Made by a program: the position numbers and the translations under genes
Source of the DNA: an uncultured archaeon
GTDB taxonomy: Archaea; Micrarchaeota; Micrarchaeia; Anstonellales; Anstonellaceae
Direction: 5' to 3'
NCBI GenBank assembly: GCA_902384555.1
Contig: CABMCD010000027.1
Coordinates: 25,067-89,066, forward strand
DNA: 64,000 bases
In this document: in pieces, positions 31,701 to 39,600 of the stretch
How positions within the stretch are numbered: the first letter of the stretch is position 1
Layout: every line of letters begins with the position of its first letter
Notes under the pieces: model-generated
The model's input: the letters and a program-made list of their open reading frames with translations, nothing else
What the model was told of the DNA's origin: nothing
Databases searched by the model: none

Positions 31701-33142
31701 TCAAGGCGCCCGCGACTGGGGCGGAAGGGGAAGTTGGCGGCGGGACGGAAGGGACGGGCGGACCGACGAATGGGATCGGGCCGAAGGCCGCGGGTGGGAC
31801 GGAAGAAGCAGGCACCGGACAACAGACGAGCATTGATGCCGGATACTGGAGGAACGGCCAGCCGCGGATGAACATCGGCGGGCAGGACGGGATTCCGGAC
31901 GGGCAATATGTTCTCTTTGAAAACAAGAGGGGAAAGGGAAAGCGATGGGTACTGGCCAACGAAGACGGCAAAACGGAGGAGCTGCAAGACCCCAAAATTG
32001 GCCAGAAGCTGGACCAGTTGTGGAAAAAGAACAAGCCGGCGCCGGAAACGGAAACAAACGCGACAAAAAGGACCATGGCGGATGACATCTTCTCCGCCCA
32101 AGTGGGGCCGGCTGAAATCGAATTCGCGGGCAAGATAAAGAGCCTGTATGAGAAAGCACTTAACACCAAGACAGATGTGGAACTGCAAGGAATTCTGACA
32201 GAAATGGAAACGCTCGTCTCGTCCGAGCCGCTGACGCCAAGCAGGATGAAAGCGGCGGCAGAGGCGCTCGGCATTGATGCGGGCCGGATGAACGCTCTGG
32301 AGCAGAACTTGGAGGTGCTTTGGCCCATCTGCGACCGCTTCTCGGACGCCATGATGGCGGGCCAGGCCGAAATGGGCGGAAGCGGGACGACCTGCATCTA
32401 CTTGGGCCGGGACGGTTGGGCCATGATGTTTGCCCATGCGCTCAAGACCGGCAACGCGGACGGAAGCATCCGCTCGCTGGTGTTCACGCGCGACATGATG
32501 GAAGTAGGCGAGGGAGAAAGCCATGCCGGGCCTTCCGGTGCGCCGGCCCCGTTCAGCATACAATACCGGACACTGCGCCGCGGGGCTTTCAACTCGAATC
32601 CGGTCGGACAGGCAGATTATGCCCTGAAAACCTCTGAGTTCATGGACAAGTATACGGCTTGGTTCGGCAAACAGTGTGAAAACGAGGGATTCCGCAATGA
32701 AGTCGTGAAGGTGTATGATTACATCAAGGCGAACGGGTCAGTGAAGACCGATGCGCAGGGGCGCATCGTCCCGCAGAACTTTTTGGTCGCCGACATCGGG
32801 TTCATTTCGTTCCCCCCGTTCATCAAGAGCGTCATTGAGTACGGGGCCGTGCATGTGGACGGCCTTCCGGCCGGACAGGTGAAGGGAGGCGTGATGTATT
32901 ACCAGACGGCGGCCGGATTCGAATATCTGCCCAATGTCCGCAAAGCCGACGGCTCGGACGGCTCCGGCTTGGCGAGCGTGAGTAAGGTTGAAAAGAAGAG
33001 GCTGGAACCAGTCAACTTCAGCGAACCGGTGTCCCAAGTGGACGCCCAAGGAAACGCGGTGCTGGACATCGGCCCCCGGCGCGCATCCGATGCGCTGTTC
33101 TTTTATTTGATGATGGGCAAAACCATGCAGGATGCGAAGTGA
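25706..33142 (+). CDS. giant multidomain protein (2478 aa) with predicted TM hairpin, internal repeats, caspase-like His/Cys dyad, coiled coil and GHKL/histidine-kinase-type ATPase domain
   Basis: Uninterrupted 7.4-kb ORF with complex composition. HATPase_c boxes around aa 1885-1985: N-box AVGNLCSNAERYG, G1 VMDDGPGF, G2 QVGLSTVKL. HG...SC dyad at aa 1482 and 1524. Two hydrophobic helices around aa 656-730. Confidence 0.8.
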   Translation: MFVLQMGALKPDASNQPASGGADALFSSSSFAQMLKAALYNMDMIGGGQVRLTPLLPTFGAQEQQEALQKVLDGMGRNDVAVEVRDQGLYLRKLPPKQNEDVVLTHVQPGTTFPFRFPPVDPGMRVEDVLDAVLTQQLGPRMAAMDPAQAEDLKQIYGTLAERYRDDPTHEHRVDVTMGEDGKWKAAEVQAVPVPMGAKEAMEQFRAKPGVESALDAIRAVKTEMDGKKTTGAGQKKYDSSLRQQYLLPILSALTPQERTELVQKIGTDPRFEREEKDYLRQQLAKTSSYVQGKPALLKLGAGLKGLDLPELQERMKRTVDIYLSSPGSNLGTAAAQTFNKLFADALGKCTSVEQYRQVVQYGFSLVSGTYLQKITYDKGEKKGQLVIDIEQMAKQGMGGPNMQGAVRSEQMLAFLTGKYNEMKDELESEARFSYARAMNISSYRLTYQNGKPVLEPNPDIPAGPLSPYAPANLAKNMPKDPAARENYLQTKINEMQALESRSRLQRVMGYEQPLTVTEGGGTRHVPGYMDLVNDPHFLADGGLRMNWNGDARKRADVGFFLLNSAFAAEQTADSYAAAPGSERGVARLRQIAKAYQQLEKDFKAGKLDIVDALDGARDLQKQFDATMQKLPQDLFVAGGHATLFGMEVDSEFFRWTVANKAAIGTVVFTGMSLIPGGQIGSAIGFTYMAANDIYEGIRSGNAEQIIMGSAMLLPFAGTAMMARAGRLAEVGEAAGALRWTRAGTAASRTGEVVLYAGMGKGAWEIYKGINEGYFSYSSDIGSIGSLVLPVGIMHTAKALKTKTVSGKAEVKGETAKVPAEVKEEPGTKTQMPAPNEVETKTASLETGKTGTAVAGLDVDAAKRPLSQLGANKTTDAAANKGAEETTALPTEVEARQWEVFREFCIKAAEDYAQYEREHPDVNETDPLNNTPASVLSKNYDQLVELAKTNELAAMKLQWLTKYSPDFFQSADGGRVRQLVLAGQDNPLLMEVARDLAWRRPQLLDPASLAVVLNESGQATARIMQGGGKFDYPLALHIFSVNPALLAEEAPMQALLKWAHNSRDPAAFRLIDRLVNDPGLPQARESLYKAFDAMTFHELDVRNPAAQKFEGTENLLRRFDRWRDDLGTQPRPVLTAEEQAQWNAVELLLSDVGKFEATYTDPASPLADPINRLPPELFSKNYVRLLELCKESEYGPQILSILIRRTPEIFDDPGHRRMRQLLGAAEDSPRLWDAVAELAGERPDLFNDQSIGQLFSNYPADQAPMWLVSKLAKSQPWLMGGERAMDALLRFNAFDEAGLVLRTLNNSHATNAFCLAAWQELPFLQSLTFRDVHSMFEPLKNYEPFPGNKYPYQEVPELLRSMQSLEARSPGAVADLYNGFGIRRFDRYSAEEMAQQHDNQQYAQQSGQAPQTDKPVLLWITAVNDHNGVFATHSGKIQNLKNDFNVIYVEAGNKLELASRFGRTLRAYNPDNQPVTVAVNMHGSGFSGELGSGRHGDLNTGDVILNRNYDPYLPAGSAVLWISCKLGQEGGLAHKFMQKYDKYFVTGFDGSTGFDNINYMGKSKGYFEFDITPNRSDVRVISSEPPTPEVKTGKAAATGNAYEPAAQITPEQTNPVAAEKTAAGVAAEGEAPKLSEKQMEEQAILHDAKNAVVACDTPTKALQMYLDAFAESPERTALEGNLSALEADISIINQGFDKLSNLSDPAYRAKLEKQKADISGQLGEIGPDYREEAQKKLDQINRDLADLDDPDYRERLTADLRVRSRQVEAKMKEVNLEVDRLMNANSLSEADAADIGMFNNGLRNNGADLHGALGELRALDETGVHQPEVGEYNIVAAVRNYFKSASKSGSKFGANVSVLEVGPDGTRREAGDHFTALYDPTLLRRAVGNLCSNAERYGNSKAWMEVEITPTEVRIRVMDDGPGFRPQDVGRAFDFKSGIENYGNKKSSQVGLSTVKLDVEKMGGTVAITDGPQLGGGPTTVEIRLPRGKGVEGETGAEIKAPATGAEGEVGGGTEGTGGPTNGIGPKAAGGTEEAGTGQQTSIDAGYWRNGQPRMNIGGQDGIPDGQYVLFENKRGKGKRWVLANEDGKTEELQDPKIGQKLDQLWKKNKPAPETETNATKRTMADDIFSAQVGPAEIEFAGKIKSLYEKALNTKTDVELQGILTEMETLVSSEPLTPSRMKAAAEALGIDAGRMNALEQNLEVLWPICDRFSDAMMAGQAEMGGSGTTCIYLGRDGWAMMFAHALKTGNADGSIRSLVFTRDMMEVGEGESHAGPSGAPAPFSIQYRTLRRGAFNSNPVGQADYALKTSEFMDKYTAWFGKQCENEGFRNEVVKVYDYIKANGSVKTDAQGRIVPQNFLVADIGFISFPPFIKSVIEYGAVHVDGLPAGQVKGGVMYYQTAAGFEYLPNVRKADGSDGSGLASVSKVEKKRLEPVNFSEPVSQVDAQGNAVLDIGPRRASDALFFYLMMGKTMQDAK

Positions 33143-33146
33143 TTGG

Positions 33147-33506
33147 ATGAAAAAAATGAACTTCGGCAAAACTGGCGCGGATGCAACCCATGATGTTGGG
33201 GTGGGTGCCTCCAAAACGCCCTTGGAGAAGAGCCCTATGAAATCCTTCGAATGGCCGGTGCGGGACAAGCAGGATTTGGAGCGCGTGCTGTCGGCGGTTT
33301 TGAATGCCGCGAAGGAGAAATTCGGCCCCAAGCTCAACCAGTCGAGCATCATGGGGGACAAGATTACGATGATTTACAGCGAGTTGGGAGGGGGGGCATA
33401 CCTCAGTGTGGCCTATGACGCCGCCGCCCAAAGGGCGACGGTGAAATGCGTCGACACCCCGCCCGGCATGTTCGAATCCATAAAAGCGGAAATCGAAAAG
33501 GCGTAA
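33147..33506 (+). CDS. small hypothetical protein, translationally coupled to the giant gene
   Basis: Candidate starts at 33132, 33147 and 33156 overlap or abut the giant-gene stop at 33142. 119 aa with no known motif. Confidence 0.4.
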   Translation: MKKMNFGKTGADATHDVGVGASKTPLEKSPMKSFEWPVRDKQDLERVLSAVLNAAKEKFGPKLNQSSIMGDKITMIYSELGGGAYLSVAYDAAAQRATVKCVDTPPGMFESIKAEIEKA

Positions 33507-33512
33507 ATAGGC

Positions 33513-34496
33513 TTATTCTTCCAAAACGGCGGGCTTGGTGGCCTGCGAAAAGGACAGCAGCCGGTCTGCCGTCTCCACCAAAAGGCCGAAGTTGTCGACC
33601 GAGTGGAATTTCGACGGGATGCCGGAAAGCCCCCCGTGCGCGCCGGAGAGCGCGCCGGCGATGGAGGCGATGGTGTCCGAATCGCCGTTGTCCACATTGG
33701 CGGCCGTGACCACCGCCCGCTCGAAATCGTTGAAGTCCAGGGCAAAGCAGAAGACCGCGTAGCCCAGCGTCTGCACGGCCGAAGAGCCGGTGCCCAGTTC
33801 GGCGGCCGCGTGGTCGGCGTCCGACGATTTTGCGAGCGCGAGGGCTTTCTGAATCTGCGCGGCAAGGTTGGGGTCCCGCACGCTGGAAAGCGCCTTGGAA
33901 ATGGCGGAGGGGCCGTCCAAGCCGTGATGCACGAACAGGTTGACGAGGCCGGCCACGAAGGCGGCTGCGTCCTGCGTGAGGATGGAATTGTGCGTCGGGA
34001 TGCTGGAGAAGCGGGCCTGCTGGACCGCCTCCCCGTAGTCCTCGAAGAAGATGCCGACCGGGGAGGCGCGCATGGCCGAGCCGTTGGTCTTGGCGTCGGC
34101 TTTGCCGCTCTCGTAAGGTGATACGCCCTGCTTGAGCCGCTTGATGGCCTGTATGCTGGTGCGGCCGCCGTAAAAACCGTAGCGGTCGGCCATGTCCATG
34201 AGCTTGATGGAGAAGTCCTTCAGGTCGAGAAGGCCCTTGTCGACAAGGGACTGGGAAAGCGCCAGCGTCTGGTAGGTGTCATCCGTGTATTGGCCGGCCT
34301 TGAGGTGGGAGGACCAGTAATGGGTGGATGGGGGGGTCTGGAAGCTGTGCACCGGGCCGTTGAAATACTGCCCGAACAAGGCTCTCGGAACCCGCTCAGT
34401 GGGCATTCCCAAAGCGTCGCCAACGGCGACGCCCACGAGGGTTCCCCTCGCCTTGTCGGCGCGCCTGGAAACGCCTGAAAACTTCGCATTAAGCAT
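33513..34496 (-). CDS. ADP-ribosylglycohydrolase family protein
   Basis: GVAVGDALGMPTE...TDDT...GSAMR motifs (the binuclear Mg site of the ARH/DraG family). Confidence 0.85.
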   Translation of the reverse strand: MLNAKFSGVSRRADKARGTLVGVAVGDALGMPTERVPRALFGQYFNGPVHSFQTPPSTHYWSSHLKAGQYTDDTYQTLALSQSLVDKGLLDLKDFSIKLMDMADRYGFYGGRTSIQAIKRLKQGVSPYESGKADAKTNGSAMRASPVGIFFEDYGEAVQQARFSSIPTHNSILTQDAAAFVAGLVNLFVHHGLDGPSAISKALSSVRDPNLAAQIQKALALAKSSDADHAAAELGTGSSAVQTLGYAVFCFALDFNDFERAVVTAANVDNGDSDTIASIAGALSGAHGGLSGIPSKFHSVDNFGLLVETADRLLSFSQATKPAVLEE

Positions 34497-34500
34497 GGAA

Positions 34501-34545
34501 TTATTTATACATGAGTATTTATAAAATATAACTAAATAAAGCCCC
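34501..34545. promoter_or_regulatory. AT-rich promoter island (TATA-like) upstream of the ADP-ribosylglycohydrolase gene
   Basis: ttatttatacatgagtatttataaaatataactaaataaa immediately upstream of the minus-strand ATG at 34496. Confidence 0.4.
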
Positions 34546-34802
34546 CTCTGACGAAGCGATTGAAGGCCCAGACGGGACCACCTCCCAGATTCGTTTGGAG
34601 GAGCCGGCGGCGGTCAGGTCGGTGATGGCGCGGGTGCAGTCGATTTTGCGCATATCAGGAATTCGAATTTCAAGTTAATAAGAGCGGCTTTAAGCCGGAA
34701 CATATTCATTTCATCCGCCCCCTCTCATATCGACGTGAATTGGCCGGCGGTTCCGGCGGCTTTTTTATTCTCCGGTTTCCTCAAGCGCATGCGTTGATTG
34801 TT

Positions 34803-35780
34803 ATGGCGGATTCTCCCATCTATGACGTGCTCGTGATTGGCGCCGGCTGCGGCGGCTGCTCGGCGGCCATGTACGCGGCGCGCTTTGGAATGAAGGTGCT
34901 GATGCTCGGCGAGCTGCCGGGCGGCACCATCACCCAGACGCACGTGGTGGAAAACTACCCCGGATTCGAGACCATCACCGGCCTTGAATTGGGCGAGCGG
35001 CTGCTCAAGCACGCGCAGGCCTATGGCGCGGAACTGAAGATGGAGAAGGCGCTCAAGGTGGAGAAAAAAGCGGACGGAACGTTCGCCACGACTACCGATG
35101 CCGAGGCCACCTACCTCTCGCGCACCCTCATCGCCGCCACCGGAGCGGAGTGGAAGAAGCTGGGCGCGCCGGGCGAAAAAGAGTACGCCAACAAGGGCGT
35201 GCACTACTGCGCGCTCTGCGACGGCTCGTTCTACAAGGGCAAAACGATTGCCGTGGTGGGCTCGGGCGATTCGGCCGCGAAAGAGTCGCAGCTGCTGGCC
35301 GAATACGGCGCGCATGTCTATGTCTTTGTGCGCGGCCATGAGCTGCACGGCGAGCCCATCAACAACAAGCGCGTGGCCGCCAACCCCAAAATCACCGTCT
35401 TTACGGACGTGCAAATCCGGGAGATTGCCGGCCAGCCGAAAGGCAAGATGACGCACCTGAAACTGACCAAGCCCTGCGCGCCGATGGTGAAGCAGGCGGA
35501 CGGCTCGCTCAAGCCGGGCCAGCCGACCGATTCCTTCCCGGCCGACGCGCTCTTCGTGCTCATCGGCCACTCGCCGCTCTCCATCCTGCTCAAAGAAATG
35601 GGCGTCGAGCTCAACGCGCGGGCGGAAGTGAAGGTGGACCGGCTGATGCGCACCAACATCGAAGGAGTGTATGCGGCCGGCGACGTGAACGATTCGGAGT
35701 TCAAGCAGGCGATTGTGAGCGCATCGGACGGCGTGGTGGCCGCCTACTCGGCGCATCAGCTGCTGGAAAAAAAGAAATAA
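34803..35780 (+). CDS. trxB: thioredoxin-disulfide reductase
   Basis: VIGAGCGGCSAA FAD motif, CALCDG redox-active disulfide and GSGDSA NADPH motif. Start at MADSPIYDV. Confidence 0.85.
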   Translation: MADSPIYDVLVIGAGCGGCSAAMYAARFGMKVLMLGELPGGTITQTHVVENYPGFETITGLELGERLLKHAQAYGAELKMEKALKVEKKADGTFATTTDAEATYLSRTLIAATGAEWKKLGAPGEKEYANKGVHYCALCDGSFYKGKTIAVVGSGDSAAKESQLLAEYGAHVYVFVRGHELHGEPINNKRVAANPKITVFTDVQIREIAGQPKGKMTHLKLTKPCAPMVKQADGSLKPGQPTDSFPADALFVLIGHSPLSILLKEMGVELNARAEVKVDRLMRTNIEGVYAAGDVNDSEFKQAIVSASDGVVAAYSAHQLLEKKK

Positions 35781-35814
35781 TACGCTTTTAAGTTTCCGCC
35801 CGCCTGCACGGGCC

Positions 35815-36504
35815 ATGCGCGCGCAAACCTCGGCCGAATGGGCCTTCATTCTGGGCGTGGTGCTCACGGCCGCCCTGCTGGTGCTGGCCACCTCCAGCCT
35901 GCTGCCCGCCGGCGTGGGCGGGCGGGTTCAGGTTCAGGACTCGGTTGCGTATTGGGGCTCGCAGGCGCGGCCGCTGGAAGTGGCCGGCTGGCAGATGGAG
36001 GCCACCGGAGCCAACCTCACCGGCGCCAACCTTACCCTGGTGTTCGCCAATGCCGGCACCGAACAGGTGCGCATCCGCAAAATCATGCTCGCGCCCGGCT
36101 CGTTCACCCAAGTCTACAACGCCTCCGGCACAAGCCTGGGAACGGCCGACGCGCTGGACATCCTGCTGCTGCCCTCCGACCGGCTGACGCTGGTGCTGAG
36201 GCAGCAAGCCGGGGCCGCAGGCGCCTACGCCGTCCCGCCGCTCTACACCCTCAACCTCACCATCACCTATGACGGGACGTTCCCCTCCATGGTGGAGAGC
36301 GGGCGCGTGCCGCTGGCGGGCGAGGCCAAGGTCATCGACCAGGCCGAGGGCATCCCCTGCCGCACCAACGGCGACTGCGCGTCCGGCTACTGCCACGACA
36401 CGGGAGGTGGCAAGATTTGCGTGGAATGTATCGCCAACGGCCAGTGCTCGTGCCCGCCCCCCAAGAACGCGACCTGCGTCAGTTACGCCTGCCAGTGCAC
36501 TTAG
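35815..36504 (+). CDS. pilin-like surface protein with class III (archaeal prepilin-type) signal peptide and Cys-rich C-terminus
   Basis: MRA|QTSAEWAFILGVVL with Gln+1 and Glu+5 then a hydrophobic helix. NLTGANLT, NAS and NLT sequons. C-terminal CRTNGDCASGYC...CVECIANGQCSC knot-like block. Confidence 0.6.
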   Translation: MRAQTSAEWAFILGVVLTAALLVLATSSLLPAGVGGRVQVQDSVAYWGSQARPLEVAGWQMEATGANLTGANLTLVFANAGTEQVRIRKIMLAPGSFTQVYNASGTSLGTADALDILLLPSDRLTLVLRQQAGAAGAYAVPPLYTLNLTITYDGTFPSMVESGRVPLAGEAKVIDQAEGIPCRTNGDCASGYCHDTGGGKICVECIANGQCSCPPPKNATCVSYACQCT

Positions 36505-36636
36505 GCGGGGCCAAGAAGCGCCGCTTTGGCGGACAAAAGCGGCCGCGTTGCGGGGCTTGAGGGCCCGAATTTATTCTTTTTTGCGACGGAGGGCCGAGGG
36601 CAGGCTTTTAATCCCTTTTGGCGAGTAGGTGGCCGT

Positions 36637-39600
36637 ATGGGAGAAGAAGAGAGAAGGGGCGTGAGCAGCGCCGAATTCCTGGCCCTGGCGGCCATCCTTT
36701 TCGTGGCGGCGCTGGTGCTGTCCCAGCTGCTCGGCATCCTGCCGCTGCAGGGCGTCCTGTTCTCGCAGTCCAGAACCTATTGGAACGCGCAGGCCTATCC
36801 GCTCAAAATCACCGACTGGGCGCTCTTGGTGGCCAACGGGACGGGCGGAGACGGCATCTACCGCACCGAAGCCAATCTCTCCATGGTGCTGCTCAACCCC
36901 ACCACCAGTCCGCTCACCATGCAGGCCATCAGCATCGGGCCGGGCAATTTCAGCCAAGTATATGATTTGGACACCCACCAATGGCTGGGGCCGGCGAACC
37001 AGCTCAACATCCGCATCGAGCCGGGGCAGAAGAAGGGGCTCATCGTCCAGCACTGGCGGCTCGGCCCGCCATCCAGCGCGCCGCTGGCCGAGCGCTTCGA
37101 GGCGGACCAGGAATACCAGTTTGACGTGCAGTTCACCTATGCCGGGCGGCTCGAATCCGATTCCGCGCAGACGGCCGCCGGACAGGGCGGCATCCTTACC
37201 CTGCAGCACGGCAGCCTGCCGCTGGTGGGCCAGACGCGCTATGCCGGCATCCCCAGCGGCGTGTGTCCGAGCGGCACGAGCTATTGCGCGGACGGGAGCT
37301 GCTGCGGGGCCGGACAGTGCTGCGGCGGGACGTGCAAGCTGCCCTCCCAATACACCTGCGACGCCTCGTGCACCTGCTGCCCCCTGAGCCAGACGCCGTG
37401 CAACGGCGTGTGCTGCCCCTCCAGCCAGATTTGCGTGAACGGCGCCTGTCAGGCCCCGAACTGCACGTCTCCCTCGTTTGCCTGCGGCCGCTTCTGCTGC
37501 CCCGACAACTACTATTGCGCCAATGACAGCACGACCGATTACGGACAGGCCTGCGTGCGGATATGCAAGAGCCCCACCAACGGCACGTGCGGGCAGTGGT
37601 GCTGCCCCGACGACCAGACCTGCAACTTCGCAGGCGCCCCCTCCATCGACACCGCCTGCGCGCCCACCTGCGCCCCGCAGGTGCAAACCAGCTGCCTGGG
37701 CCCCAACTGGACGGCGAACTGCTGCGAGAACGTCAGCAGCGTCGTCTGCGCCAACGCGTCGGGCACCTGCTGCGACCTCAACGTGGGCATGGCCTGCAAT
37801 TTCCTCAACTCCAGCGGCAACTTCACCGCCTGCTGCAACAAGACCAACCAGCAGTGCACCACCGGCGGCTGCTGCTCCAATCCGGGCGGGGCCTGCACCA
37901 CCAACGCGGACTGCTGCGACGGCTGGGGCTGCAGCAACGGCGTGTGTTCCAGCTGTCCCGCCGGCTGGAGCGCCTGCTGCGCCCAGCCCACGCTGCTGTG
38001 CAACTTCAACCTCTCCAACCCCGACCCGATTTCCTCGCGCAACTGGAACCCGGGGCTCTATCAGGACTGCTGCCAGCACAACCTCGACAATAACGGCAAC
38101 TACATCAACGAGAGCTGCCAGGGCAACTGGTTCGACGGCACCCGCTTCTGGTACGGCTGCCCCCCGGACAACATGCTGACCTCCACCTGCCTCAACGACA
38201 CGGCTTGTGCAAGGGGACCCTACTGGTACAACTACACCAATTACTCCACCGACGGCGTGATATACCGCCCGTGGCCGGCCGGATGCCCCTCCTTGAGCAG
38301 CGGCGGCTACCCCAACAACAGCGGCTGCTGCATCAACAACACCTGGGACTACTGCAACCCGGCAGAGGGCGTGTACTGCTGCCCCGGAACCTACTGCGGC
38401 CCGGACAACAAGTGCACCTATCCCTTCACCTGCCCCTCCAACACCGTCTACATCGACAACGGAGACCATGTGGACAACTACTGGGACTGCTGCCCCAGCG
38501 GCAACGTGAGCTGGCAGAACGCCACCACGGCCGTGTGCTGCCCCAACCCCAGCCTCATGAAAAGTTTCTACGACCCCAACACCGGAGCGCTCTACAGCCG
38601 CTGCTGCAACTCGGCCAACGACACGCTGTGCGGCGCGAATGGCGTGTGCTGCCCCGCCGGCCTGTGCGACGAGGTGAGCGGAACCTGCTGCGGGACCGGC
38701 ATGACGGTGTGCCAGACCGGCTACAATGCCAACATCTGCTGCAACAGCACCACCAGCAACTGCGTGCCCAACAACGGCCCGCGCAGCTATGGCGCGTATT
38801 CCGCCTGCTGCCCCAAGGGCGCGAACGGCAACCAGACCACCTGCGCCAACGGGGCCTGCTGCGACACCACCACCAGCGGCATGGTGTGCACCGGCGACGG
38901 CTGCTGCAACACCACCAGCGGCTCGGGCTATGAGATTTGCAGCGACCAGAACGACACCTGCTGCGGCCCCAGTCCGACCCGCGAGTGCAAGAACGAGCTC
39001 AGCTATACGGGAGGCTACCCGGTGGCGCTGATGGGCAGCGTCTGCTGCGCGGGCGACCAGGTGGCCTGCCAGAAGCAGTGCTGCTCCTCGGAATCCAACT
39101 GCATCCCCGCCAAGTGCCCGAGCATCAACGAGTCGGGCAGCCTCGTCATGCTGGACTGCAGCCCCAAGTGCTGCGAGAACTACAAGGGCACCCCGCCCAA
39201 TCCGCAGCTGTGCGGCAACACCACCTGCTGCTATGGCGCCAGCAGCTGCCTGCAGCCCTCCGACGGCAGCAGCCCGCGCTGCTGCCCCTCGCCCGATTTC
39301 GGCTCCACCCCCGTGCTGTGCGGCGGCACGGGTGAATGCTGCGACGTGGCGGGAGGCTCGGTGTGCTTCGGCACGGTGTGCTGCCCCCCGCCCAACAACA
39401 CGGCCTATTGCGCCGGCAACAACCAGTGCTGCAACCAGAGCTGCTCGCAGCCCGGCAACGTGTGCTGCTCGGGCGGCGGCGGGCCGACGCCGGACTCCTT
39501 GGGCAACTACCACTGCTGCCCGGCGCCCAACAACACCGCCTATTGTCTGGGCAACGGCATGTGCTGCAACGAGAGCTGCAAGGCGGGCGACCTGTGCTGC

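Noticed and set aside
25745-32563. 905-aa and 1349-aa minus-strand ORFs antisense to the giant gene
   Set aside because: Gly/Ala/Arg/Leu/His-dominated composition with no motifs. The sense frame contains recognisable HATPase and other modules.
34560-34700. 44-codon minus-strand ORF (MRKIDCTRAITDL...) in the ARH-trxB gap
   Set aside because: No RBS, no conservation clues and too short to support. It may instead be part of an untranslated structured region.
36526-36636. 37-aa N-terminal extension of the Cys-rich protein (MADKSGRVAG...)
   Set aside because: A class III signal peptide must be N-terminal. ATG 36637 places RG|VSSAEF at residues 7-14, and the extension has poor composition.
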